This document shows positions 1 through 9,382 of a DNA stretch of 57,915 nucleotides, piece after piece; positions within the stretch are counted from its first letter, which is position 1; each line of letters begins with the position of its first letter. Both the position numbers and the translations under genes were made by a program. Origin of the DNA: an uncultured Caldilineaceae bacterium (lineage in GTDB: Bacteria > Chloroflexota > Anaerolineae > Caldilineales > Caldilineaceae); assembly GCA_964568485.1 (NCBI GenBank), contig CAZMRA010000001.1:4701-62615 (forward strand), written 5' to 3'. The notes below the pieces were generated by a model. The model had not been told where the DNA came from. It saw only the letters and a program-made list of their open reading frames with translations, and searched no databases.

Positions 1-2
1 GG

Positions 3-3000
3 TGCCGGTGAAGCGCCAAAGTGCCCGGGTACAGTCACATCCAGAATGCTCGGAACCAATGGCGCGTGGGCCACCACCGTGGTCGTGTAATTGACGCTGC
101 TCCCCGGTGCAACGAAGCGGCGGTCGGTGGCTGTGTAGATCGCAATCGGCGGCGTGTTGTAAACATTCGGGTGATAGGGGCGATTTTGGTTGTCGAGCCG
201 TTCACTCGGTGTCGTTGATTGCGCCAATTGTTTCTCGGCCAAGTCGGTGATGCCATCGCCATCGGCGTCGGCTTGGGTCGGGTCGGACGAGACGCGCACC
301 GTGAAGGGCGTGAGCGCGTTGATCTGCACATCCCAGCCGCCACTCCATGTGTTCAGCGGTGCACAAGTAGCTAGGTCGTGGTCACGATGCCACACCTCTT
401 CTCCGTCCAACAATCCATCATTGTCGGTATCGGCCAGGGCTGGATCGGTCATATAGAAGGCTTCTTGACGGTCGGTCAAGCCATCGCCATCGCTGTCGCA
501 CTGAACGAGCGAATAGGCAAAGCCCGCCGCGCGGCGTTGAAGCTCGAAAGCATCGCTCAAGCCATCCCCATCTGTATCCCACCCGCGATTTGTCGGGTCA
601 TCATTCGGATCCGGCCCACCGAATGCCGCATTGCGCAGACCATCGCCATCGGCATCTGCCATACCCGGGAAAGCTTGATCCCACGCCAGACCCAGCCCGC
701 GAGTCTTGCTAGCGAGCGTAATAAATTCGGCAAAGGTCGCCGGGAAAATGTCGTAGCGCATGGTATCGATCTGGCTCGACATATTGCCGCTCATGGTGCG
801 TGTGTGGCAGATCGGCACCACAAAGAACAAGAAGGGGATGATCCAACACTCGTAAGCGGGTAAGGCATAACCAATGTTGAGATGGAAAGAGGCTGTGCGA
901 TTCAGACCGGCTGTCAGGTTGAATCCGCCTACGGGCGTCGGTGTTGTATTCGCATACCCGCCATACATCGGCGTGGCAGCATATTTGTGATCCTCTTTCA
1001 CATTGAACCACTGCCCGCTCATCTGGTCGCGGCTGGCCGAAAGGGTTTGCGGCCCAGGCTGCGTGAGGCTGTAATTGACAGTGGATGAACGCAGATTATC
1101 TTTCGAGAAGAAATAGAGATAGAGATTGATGTAGATCCCGTTCGATGGGTCGGGGTTTTTGTGGACCACGTGGGTGGTGATGGGCATGGTGATCGAAAGC
1201 GCATTACCTTCCACAAACCCTTTTTCGGGATCCGCCAGTACTGTCTGTGGTGCACCGGGCGCAACGAGATCATTGCGATTGGTGTTGATCATCAAGTCAT
1301 AATTGTAGAGGAAATAGGCAATGGCTTTGATCGCCGTCGTGCCGAGGGTGAAACAGGCACCCCCCAGACCTGGTACTGTCCGCAGATCATCCACGCCTAG
1401 TTCGCAGACAGCGGTGAGAATCGCATCGATCGCGGCGACGAGGCCCACCAAAATCAAGCCAATCACCGTAGCCGAGAGAATGGCCAGCACGATCAGATAG
1501 ATGGTGGCGGCAATGGTTTCGGCCAGTGCTTTATTAAATTCCGGACTAAAGGCCGAAACTTTGTTGCTGACCATGCTGTAGATAAAGAAGCCCCAAACCA
1601 AGCCAATCACAATTACGGTGCCGATTACACTGGCATATTTGGAGGTACCCACCACTTCGGGTCGCGCGCTGTAGACCGATGCAGTCTGGCCCGCGGCCTT
1701 GAGCGAGGCGACCCAACTGCGCGCACTCAGCAACGGATCCAGCACCGCAAAGACCGTTTGCAGCGAAATAATGAAGGCGCGCAAGGCGATCTTGCCGCCC
1801 AAGTTACCTTCGCTAGCGTAATAACTGGCCGTCGCCAACCCGGCAATTGCCCCGGCTGCAGCAAGGGTGATCCCTGTCGCCGCAAGCCGATTGGTTTTGA
1901 AATTCTTGACCGTTAAAATCGCTCGCCCGCTGGCGCCACCACCCAAGCGGCGGACGGTAATGCCTAGCTGCTGGGTCACTGAAATTTTGTTGACATAGCG
2001 CGCCAAGATGGCGGCATTGCCCAAGGTGGTCATCAACGCCGCGCTGCCCGTGGCCGCGATGCGCACATTGTTGGCAAGCGACGTATCATTTTGCTGGCTG
2101 TAGCGGGCGGAGATCAGGTGATTGTCGAGCTGTACCGCTCGGTTGATGCCTTGACTGAGCGCTAGATCATAAAGCTGGGTGAGGAAGAGGCGGCCGCCCT
2201 CCACATCGGGATCAGCCGGATCACCCGGTTGGCTGACCGCGCCCGCGTAGCGTTGCGCCAGCTCATTCCAATAGAGCTCTGCATCGCAAGCCGCCCAACT
2301 GGCATTCGCATCGGCCTTGCAATAGTGTGTCCATTTAACGCCCACCATGGTGGTCATTGCGGCTTGTGTGCCGCTGCTTGGGTTCAGATCGACCGTCACA
2401 CCACTGGCTGTGGCGTTAATATGACCATCACCACTGCGTGCCGAATCCAAGCTGACCGACCGAGCACGTTGCTCGTAGGCAAAGAGCAACGTCGGCTTGA
2501 GGGTGTTGTTGGCTGCCCACGCGGCGTTGAATTCCGTATTCAGCACTTTGACCGTTTCGGTCATAGCTGTGAAGATGGCGGCTTGGTCAAAGGTGGGATA
2601 GCTCTGGCTCGTCACCCGCAGGATGTTGGGAATAGCCCACCGCTCATCTTCGCTGACTCCACCATTGCTTGTGCGGTTAAAGCGGCGACTCAACTCGCTG
2701 ATGGGGAAGTCGCGTTGATTGTTGCTGTCGTGGTCACTACCCGTGGTAAAGGTTTGGTCCAAGCCATAGGCTAGTGCGGCCAACGCACTACCTTCCCGCA
2801 GGAATGGACTATTATCTGGTAGCGTAGCCGTCGGGTCTTCGTAAACAATGGCTGTCGTCGCCCCATGTTGCTCGCTGACGCTCAAGCCAGTCAGATACCA
2901 ATCATCGTAATAGGTTTGCACCACTTGGGGCACGTTGCGTATGTAGCCATCTGCGCCGCAACCATCCGTTCCAGCGCTGCAAGGGAGATCGTTGAGTACC

Positions 3001-5084
3001 TGCACGGCCCAAACCAAGCGGATCTCGTGGGGTGAAGGCCAGCTGCCGCTGGGTAGATAGCGCATGCGTCCAGAGAAGGCAACGCGTTCCCCGGTCTGTT
3101 CGTTGGTGACCACGCTCAGCGGGACATAAACCACTTGATAACTGTTGTTGGCGGTCAGCGGGTTGGCGCTGATGTTGTAAGCAGTTAAGTCTGCTTGAGG
3201 TGGCAAGTTGGTGGTTGTGTCATTGATGCGCAACTCCAACATCGGGATCAGCTTCATGTCGCCGGTTTCTTCGTTGGCCCCGGCGCTGCGACCACTGGCG
3301 CTAGCTAGATCGGCATAGGTGTAGCCATCGGTATCTTGTACCTGACCGAGCTGGTCACGTGGCCAATCCAACACGCTTAAGGCAAACCAGAGATTTTTCG
3401 GATCGGTGGGGCGCAATTGAAAATCGACAAAGGTGGGCTGGTTGGCCGTCAGGTTGTTGATCGTCAATTGAAACGGGTTTGTATGGCTAAAACCTGATCC
3501 CGCACTTTTGGTAAAAGGCGAAAGATCAATTGAATCGGGCACGCCATCGCCATCGTTGTCTTCATCAAAGAGATCGGGCACGCCATCGCCATCGGTATCA
3601 TCAACCTGGCCATCACTATTGCCATCCCACTCGAGATCGTCGCTGATACCATCGTTGTTGCTATCTGCTTCGAGCGGATTGGTGTGCCACTGCTTGCCCC
3701 CGAACATAAAACCGGCCACTTCGACCGCATCAGAAATGCCATCTTCGTCGCTATCGGCAAACTCGGAGTCGGTGCCAATGCGCGCTTCCACAAAATCGCT
3801 CAACCCGTCATTATCGGTATCCACCCCAGAGTCGGTCAGTTGCAGATTGGGTGCTTGGGCGGCGGCAAGATTGGGGGACTGCAGATCGGCCAGCCCGATT
3901 CCGGCAGCTTGTAAGCTGGATTCGGCACTTTCTAGAGGATTGGCTTGCGGATTAAACTCGACTTGCCCAAGCCGATCGCTCAGCGCGTGCACTGAGTCGT
4001 AAACGGCCTCATCTTCTTCCCGACTGGCGGCTTTCGCCTGCTGAGTTGCCAAGAAGCTATCGATCTGCAAGGTAGTCAACACGGGGCTGATCACGAGGCT
4101 GAGAATGGTCGCCACAGCCAAGCTGGTTTGTACCAAACGACGCCGCCGCCAATAGAGGATGAGCGCGGCTAGCGCACACAGCATCATTCCACTGAGCACA
4201 AGGCCCACGGTTGGCAACCAGGGGGCTAGGTTCACATTACTCATGCTGAAGCCCGCAGACTGGTTCCCAGCGCCTGCCGTTTGGGCGCCGGTCTCCGCAT
4301 TCGTTACCCCAAAACGCGAAAAATCGACAACAATCTGGGCGTTGACAAATTCGCCGCGCTGTTCGGGGAACACCAGCTCGAGGATTTGGCGGATCGGCAG
4401 ACCATTCTTCCCAACCCACAACTCACCGGTGCCGGTCATGTCTCGATAGTACTCGGGTGTTTCCAGCCGAACGCCGGGCGGCAACTTCCCTTGGGCGCGC
4501 AAGGCGGCTTCCATCTGCTGGCGGACATAAGCGGCAAAGGTCGGCCCATCAATGGTGAAGCTGTAGCGTGTAAACGGAATTCCCCCGCGCACTTCCGGCG
4601 GATTTTCCGAAACCGTACGCACGGCGGCTAGGTAGGCCATAAAATCGCCCTGGGGAGCCAAGCCACCAATGATATCTTCGCTCAACTGCCATTCGCCGGC
4701 ACCGTTACGCGTGAAGGTTTGGCCCTCCTCGACCTTCACGGCGACGCCACTGTTCCCCTCCAAAACGCTGCCACTTTCAGACCAGATCTGCAACGCCAAC
4801 CGCTCGTTAACGAGATCAGTATAGCCTTCGAGGTGCAGACGGTCGCTCCGGCTTTGGCGACCAATATTGGTCACTTGTGCCACCGGCACTGTGATCTGGG
4901 TGACATCGCTGGTGAATTCGTATGAACCAGCCGCGCGGGCTTTCTCCCAAGCGGCGGTTACCGGATCTGGCGTAGCAACGGCCACGAGCTGGGGCCAGAG
5001 GCTTATTGTTCCCAGCGCCAGCAGCGCGGCCACAGCAATACATACCAAGGGCAGAAAATGGTGTTTTGGAGTTTGAAATTTCAT
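3..5084 (-). CDS. Very large polytopic membrane/surface protein with thrombospondin type-3-like Ca-binding repeats. More than 1690 aa lie in the window and the C-terminus is beyond the left edge.
   Basis: Not in the ORF track. Minus-strand ATG at 5084 is preceded by AAGGA (5090-5094). My translation, MKFQTPKHHFLPLVCIAVAALLALG..., stays open to nt 3 except for two compensating 1-nt frame offsets at about 3180 and 3000. DxDxDGxxD repeats (DTDNDGLSD, DSDEDGISD, DTDGDGVPD, DADGDGLRN, DSDGDGLTD, DADGDGITD) occur at about 3535-3821 and 243-656. Hydrophobic TM clusters lie at about 4080-4230 and 1290-1880. Confidence 0.75.
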   Translation of the reverse strand, partial: MKFQTPKHHFLPLVCIAVAALLALGTISLWPQLVAVATPDPVTAAWEKARAAGSYEFTSDVTQITVPVAQVTNIGRQSRSDRLHLEGYTDLVNERLALQIWSESGSVLEGNSGVAVKVEEGQTFTRNGAGEWQLSEDIIGGLAPQGDFMAYLAAVRTVSENPPEVRGGIPFTRYSFTIDGPTFAAYVRQQMEAALRAQGKLPPGVRLETPEYYRDMTGTGELWVGKNGLPIRQILELVFPEQRGEFVNAQIVVDFSRFGVTNAETGAQTAGAGNQSAGFSMSNVNLAPWLPTVGLVLSGMMLCALAALILYWRRRRLVQTSLAVATILSLVISPVLTTLQIDSFLATQQAKAASREEDEAVYDSVHALSDRLGQVEFNPQANPLESAESSLQAAGIGLADLQSPNLAAAQAPNLQLTDSGVDTDNDGLSDFVEARIGTDSEFADSDEDGISDAVEVAGFMFGGKQWHTNPLEADSNNDGISDDLEWDGNSDGQVDDTDGDGVPDLFDEDNDGDGVPDSIDLSPFTKSAGSGFSHTNPFQLTINNLTANQPTFVDFQLRPTDPKNLWFALSVLDWPRDQLGQVQDTDGYTYADLASASGRSAGANEETGDMKLIPMLELRINDTTTNLPPQADLTAYNISANPLTANNSYQVVYVPLSVVTNEQTGERVAFSGRMRYLPSGSWPSPHEIRLVWAVQVLNDLPCSAGTDGCGADGYIRNVPQVVQTYYDDWYLTGLSVSEQHGATTAIVYEDPTATLPDNSPFLREGSALAALAYGLDQTFTTGSDHDSNNQRDFPISELSRRFNRTSNGGVSEDERWAIPNILRVTSQSYPTFDQAAIFTAMTETVKVLNTEFNAAWAANNTLKPTLLFAYEQRARSVSLDSARSGDGHINATASGVTVDLNPSSGTQAAMTTMVGVKWTHYCKADANASWAACDAELYWNELAQRYAGAVSQPGDPADPDVEGGRLFLTQLYDLALSQGINRAVQLDNHLISARYSQQNDTSLANNVRIAATGSAALMTTLGNAAILARYVNKISVTQQLGITVRRLGGGASGRAILTVKNFKTNRLAATGITLAAAGAIAGLATASYYASEGNLGGKIALRAFIISLQTVFAVLDPLLSARSWVASLKAAGQTASVYSARPEVVGTSKYASVIGTVIVIGLVWGFFIYSMVSNKVSAFSPEFNKALAETIAATIYLIVLAILSATVIGLILVGLVAAIDAILTAVCELGVDDLRTVPGLGGACFTLGTTAIKAIAYFLYNYDLMINTNRNDLVAPGAPQTVLADPEKGFVEGNALSITMPITTHVVHKNPDPSNGIYINLYLYFFSKDNLRSSTVNYSLTQPGPQTLSASRDQMSGQWFNVKEDHKYAATPMYGGYANTTPTPVGGFNLTAGLNRTASFHLNIGYALPAYECWIIPFLFFVVPICHTRTMSGNMSSQIDTMRYDIFPATFAEFITLASKTRGLGLAWDQAFPGMADADGDGLRNAAFGGPDPNDDPTNRGWDTDGDGLSDAFELQRRAAGFAYSLVQCDSDGDGLTDRQEAFYMTDPALADTDNDGLLDGEEVWHRDHDLATCAPLNTWSGGWDVQINALTPFTVRVSSDPTQADADGDGITDLAEKQLAQSTTPSERLDNQNRPYHPNVYNTPPIAIYTATDRRFVAPGSSVNYTTTVVAHAPLVPSILDVTVPGHFGASPA

Positions 5085-5434
5085 ATACATCCTTATTAAA
5101 GGTAAGTGCCAGGGGCCCGGGAGCGTGCTTGAGTCTCGTGTTCGCTAATAAGAGATTACACGATTTATAACTAATTGATGAGCCTTACCAGCTTCTCTCA
5201 TCCCCTGAAAGTGTTAGCAGATGGGCACAAAGGGGTCGTTCGATTAAACACGAAAACAGGGAAAGTTGGCATCGTAGAACTGTACGATTTATTGACCAAT
5301 TTATAGCAGCCGGAAGGAAATCGCTAGACGGTGCTGGCTATCTACAGAGCGATACGCTCGTTGTTCCGTTGCCGTCAGCCGACTGGCTAGCCGATTTTCA
5401 TAGGGGATTTGTTGATCTGGTCCGATGGCAAAGT

Positions 5435-5462
5435 TTGCGATACTTTCGCGCTACGGTATAGT
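5435..5462 (+). promoter_or_regulatory. Candidate sigma70-type promoter upstream of the Rieske oxygenase gene
   Basis: TTGCGA (5435-5440), 16-nt spacer, TATAGT (5457-5462). Found by eye only. Confidence 0.25.
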
Positions 5463-5624
5463 ATTGCGTGTTGTCAGCGGTCGGCGCATACCGTAGTTGT
5501 ATCAATATCCTCGATGGCGAGTAATGTTCCTACGTGTGGTGATGTCCCTCAGTGGCCGACGCACATCTTGGCCACCGCACAACCTGTTCAATGATTAAGT
5601 GTTACGCCTAAAGGATTTTGCGCG

Positions 5625-6593
5625 ATGCTCCAAGATCCCATTCTGATCAATGATTGGCACCCGATTGCCCCCGTCTCTGCTCTAGCCGAAGGCGCTGTGA
5701 TGAGCGCCCGCCTCCTCGGTCAAGATCTTGTTTTATGGCGACTCAATGGACAAGTGATGGCCTGGCAGGATCTCTGTCTGCATCGTGGTACCCGGCTCTC
5801 GCTGGGGTGGGTATCGGGCGAGCGTTTGGTTTGTCCTTACCATGGCTGGGAATACAACAGTGCGGGTCGCTGTGCCTTAATGCCCGCGCATCCGAATCAA
5901 ACCCCGTCGACGAAAGCCAAAGTTTGCACCTATCGCACGTGCGAAGCATACGATTTGATCTGGGTCTCGCTGGGCGATCCTCAACAGGGCGTGCCTGCTT
6001 TCCCGGAATGGGAGCAACCTACCTATCGCAAGTTATTGGCTGGCCCCTATCAGGTCAACGCCAGTGGCCCACGCTTGATCGAAAACTTTTTGGACGTTGC
6101 CCACTTTCCCTTTGTGCATGAAGGTACTCTCGGTGCGCGTAGCCACCCTGAAATCGCCGATTACGAAGCAGAGATCGGGCCAGAGGGCGTGGTCGCACGT
6201 AATGTACGCATCTATCAGCCTGATCCTTATGGCACTGGGCAAGGGGATACGGTCGCCTACACCTACAAAGCCTTGCGTCCACTCACTGCCTATCTGTTCA
6301 AAGATTCCGAGACTCGCGGTCTTGCCATCTTGTTGATGGTCACGCCCCACGAAGTATTGAAAAGTACGGCGTGGATGTGGATTGCGATGAACTACGGCCA
6401 TGAAATACCCGCCGAGGAGTTGATTGCCTGGCAAGATGGCATCTTTGCGCAAGATAGACCAATTGTGGAGTCGCAGCGCCCCGAACTACTTCCACTAGAT
6501 CTTCAAGCCGAACTGCACCTCCGCAGTGATCGCACCGCCATTGCTTACCGGAAATGGCTCAACCAGCTTGGTCTCACCTTTGGTACGGCCTAA
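5625..6593 (+). CDS. Rieske [2Fe-2S] non-heme iron oxygenase (VanA/PAO-like short alpha subunit)
   Basis: Rieske ligand motifs CLHRG...CPYHGW. Mononuclear iron motif ENFLDVAHFPFVHEG. AAGGA lies 9 nt upstream of the ATG. Confidence 0.9.
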   Translation: MLQDPILINDWHPIAPVSALAEGAVMSARLLGQDLVLWRLNGQVMAWQDLCLHRGTRLSLGWVSGERLVCPYHGWEYNSAGRCALMPAHPNQTPSTKAKVCTYRTCEAYDLIWVSLGDPQQGVPAFPEWEQPTYRKLLAGPYQVNASGPRLIENFLDVAHFPFVHEGTLGARSHPEIADYEAEIGPEGVVARNVRIYQPDPYGTGQGDTVAYTYKALRPLTAYLFKDSETRGLAILLMVTPHEVLKSTAWMWIAMNYGHEIPAEELIAWQDGIFAQDRPIVESQRPELLPLDLQAELHLRSDRTAIAYRKWLNQLGLTFGTA

Positions 6594-6733
6594 ATTTTAT
6601 GAACCTGGGCATCTCTTTTCTTCGAGCGGAAAAGGGAATTCTCTCTTCGCGGGCTGAATTCCCTATGCGCCCCCTAAAGCTCGAGCGTTTTTATAATTTC
6701 TAATCACCATTGCAAGGAGCAAGAATTTTGGCT

Positions 6734-7774
6734 ATGAGACAAACCCTCTTGATCGCACTCTGTGCATTGCTGCTCGCTGCTTGTGCACCTGCGGCCACAC
6801 CAGCGGCACCGGTTCCTCAGGTTTCTACCGAAACTGAAACAGAAGCTGCTGAAGCTGTTGCCGAATCGAGTGAGAGCAAGGGAAAGATTGCTGTCGTGAT
6901 GCCCGGACCGCCAGATGACAACTCTTGGAACGAAGCCGCCTATAATGCGCTACAAGCGTTGCAAGGCCAAGGCTATGAGATCGCCTATTCCGAGAGCATT
7001 GCCGACGCTGATGCTGCCCGCATTCTGCGCGACTATGCCGAGCAGGGCTATCAAGTAGTGGTCGCCCACAGCTTCAGCTATCAAGATGCTGTCTTTCAGG
7101 TCGCTAGCGAATACCCCGATGTGAACTTCGCCTGGGCAGGTGGGATCAACAGCACCGCTACCAACGTCGCTGATTATGATCAACCCTTCTACCAGCCTGC
7201 GTATCTGGTTGGTATCCTGGCTGGCTACGTCTCTGAGAGCGGTGCCCTTGGAGCGCTCTATGGCTTCGATATCCCCGTCTGCCATTCGATGGGTGAAGCC
7301 CTGTTGGCCGGTGCCCAGTCCGTCAATCCCGACGCCACGCTGACCGTGACGGCAGTCGGCGATTGGATCGACGTGGCCAAGGCCAAAGAAGCCGCTTTGG
7401 CCCAAGCGGACACCGGCGTTGATTTCTGGTTGCAATGTGGTGAAGGCCCCGCCCTCGGTGCCATCGAAGCGGCCAAAGAGGTCGGTGGATTTGCCACGGG
7501 GTACGTCGGCGACATGACAGAAAATGGGCCAGAAGTTGTGTTGAGCAACATCGTTTGGAATATCCTGCCGCTCTTTGAGGACATGCTGACCCAAACGGCT
7601 GAGGGCACCTTTGATGGGCCCTGGTATCAATATGCCATTCCGGAAGGCGCGTTTGAGCTGCTGATCAACGAAGCGCTGGCTGACCAGATTCCGGCTGAAG
7701 CAATCGAAGCCATCGAAGCTGCCACGGCCCAGATTGCCGGCGGTGAATTGGTCGTCCCGTACGTGATCGAATAA
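6734..7774 (+). CDS. BMP-family (PnrA/Med-like) ABC transporter substrate-binding lipoprotein
   Basis: Lipoprotein signal MRQTLLIALCALLLAAC. BMP-like body. Start moved from the TTG at 6710 to the ATG at 6734, downstream of AAGGAG (6714-6719). Confidence 0.88.
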   Translation: MRQTLLIALCALLLAACAPAATPAAPVPQVSTETETEAAEAVAESSESKGKIAVVMPGPPDDNSWNEAAYNALQALQGQGYEIAYSESIADADAARILRDYAEQGYQVVVAHSFSYQDAVFQVASEYPDVNFAWAGGINSTATNVADYDQPFYQPAYLVGILAGYVSESGALGALYGFDIPVCHSMGEALLAGAQSVNPDATLTVTAVGDWIDVAKAKEAALAQADTGVDFWLQCGEGPALGAIEAAKEVGGFATGYVGDMTENGPEVVLSNIVWNILPLFEDMLTQTAEGTFDGPWYQYAIPEGAFELLINEALADQIPAEAIEAIEAATAQIAGGELVVPYVIE

Positions 7775-7843
7775 TCAGCGTGACGAGCGCCGAATAATCT
7801 TGTACGGATTGTGTTTCACGCATCAATGAACTAGTACGCGCCC

Positions 7844-9382
7844 ATGCCGCAGCCGTTGATTCAACTCAAAGGGCTTACCAAGCGTTTTCCTGGCGTGCTC
7901 GCCAACGAGCAAGTCGATCTCGACCTCTACGCGGGCGAGGTGCACAGCCTATTGGGCGAAAATGGCGCGGGAAAAAGTACACTGATGACCATGCTGGCTG
8001 GTTTATACCGGCCAGATGCTGGGGAGATCTGGGTACGAGGGCGCCGGGTGGATTTCCATTCGGCGCAAGATGCGATTCGCCAGGGCATTGACATGGTGCA
8101 CCAGCATTTTCAACTGGTGGCCAGTTTTACTGTCCTCGAAAATATCATCTTGGGCCAGCGCTCGCCTCGCGGCCCCCTCCTGCCCGATCGCCGCCAAGCG
8201 CGCGAGCGCATCTTGCAGCTGTCACGCCAGTACCGCCTTGATGTCAACCCCGATGCGTTGGTCTGGCAACTCTCAGTTGGTGAACAACAGCGCGTCGAGA
8301 TTCTCAAAGCGCTCTATCGCGGGGCCGAAGTCTTGATCCTCGATGAGCCAACTGCGGTACTCACCCCCCAGGAAGCGAATGATCTGCTCGAAATCATCCG
8401 CATGTTGACTGCCCAGGGCCGTGCGGTGATCTTTATCAGCCATAAGCTGCAAGAGGTTTTGGCGATCAGCGACCGGATTACGGTGCTGCGGGATGGCCGT
8501 GTGGTCGGCACCTTCCAGCCGGCGCAGAGTTCGGTCAGTCAAAGTGAAATTGTTCAATTGATGATCGGGCGTGAATTGGCCCCGCCCTTGGCTCGTCCCC
8601 CGCAACCTAGTGGTGAGCCGCGTTTGCGCGTTCATGATCTCTGGGTGCACGACGAGCGCGGCTTGCCCGCTGTGCGAGGCTTCGATTTGACCGTACATGG
8701 CGGCGAAATCGTCGGCGTGGCTGGCGTGGCTGGGAATGGGCAACGCGAGTTGGAAGAAGCCCTACGCGGCATCCGGTCGATTGCCCGTGGTCAAATCTTT
8801 ATCGGTGCAAACGAAGCAACCCACTGCCTACCCGCCGAACGCATTGCTCAGCGGGTCGCGCATATCCCTTCGGACCGCTATGCACATGGCTTGTTGGCCG
8901 ATATGAGTGTGGCCGAAAATCTGGTAATGGATCGATTGGCGGAGCCACCTTATACACAACGGGGCTTGTTGCGCTATCGGGCCATCTACGCGGCAGGTGA
9001 GCACTTGGTCCGCCAATTTGCCGTACGTACGCCTTCGATCTTGACCAACGCGGGCAAGCTGTCGGGTGGCAACGCTCAAAAGCTGGTGTTGGCGCGTGAA
9101 CTGGCCCGCAATCCACAAGTGTTGTTGGCGGCCCAACCGACTCGCGGCCTAGATATTAGCGCCATCGAAGCAGTACATCAACAACTACTGCAACAACGGG
9201 CGCAAGGCACGGCGATCTTGTTGATCTCCTCTGAACTTGACGAGATCTTTGCACTCAGCGACCGCGTGGCCGTATTGTACGAGGGGCAAATCATCGGCAT
9301 TACACCGGGAGATCCGGCCTATCAATCGGCAGTCGGTTTGATGATGGCTGGCGTGCCTGCGGAGAAAGCGCTCGGGCAATGA
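7844..9382 (+). CDS. ABC transporter ATP-binding protein with two fused ABC domains (sugar/nucleoside uptake type)
   Basis: Walker A GENGAGKST, signature LSVGEQQRV, Walker B LILDEP. The second domain has LSGGNAQK. Confidence 0.95.
   Translation: MPQPLIQLKGLTKRFPGVLANEQVDLDLYAGEVHSLLGENGAGKSTLMTMLAGLYRPDAGEIWVRGRRVDFHSAQDAIRQGIDMVHQHFQLVASFTVLENIILGQRSPRGPLLPDRRQARERILQLSRQYRLDVNPDALVWQLSVGEQQRVEILKALYRGAEVLILDEPTAVLTPQEANDLLEIIRMLTAQGRAVIFISHKLQEVLAISDRITVLRDGRVVGTFQPAQSSVSQSEIVQLMIGRELAPPLARPPQPSGEPRLRVHDLWVHDERGLPAVRGFDLTVHGGEIVGVAGVAGNGQRELEEALRGIRSIARGQIFIGANEATHCLPAERIAQRVAHIPSDRYAHGLLADMSVAENLVMDRLAEPPYTQRGLLRYRAIYAAGEHLVRQFAVRTPSILTNAGKLSGGNAQKLVLARELARNPQVLLAAQPTRGLDISAIEAVHQQLLQQRAQGTAILLISSELDEIFALSDRVAVLYEGQIIGITPGDPAYQSAVGLMMAGVPAEKALGQ

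Noticed and set aside
2229-4002. Plus-strand ORFs 2229..2774, 3508..4002 and 3684..3914, and the minus-strand ORF 3464..3793
   Set aside because: They lie inside or opposite the giant TSP3-repeat gene, whose frame has the consistent codon bias and the repeat motifs.
5409-5594. 61-aa ORF in the 540-nt spacer before the Rieske gene (and the 65-aa ORF at 31577..31774)
   Set aside because: There is no SD, the composition is odd and Cys-rich, and no motif is present. They are treated as non-coding. I also could not recognise a riboswitch or sRNA fold in these spacers.
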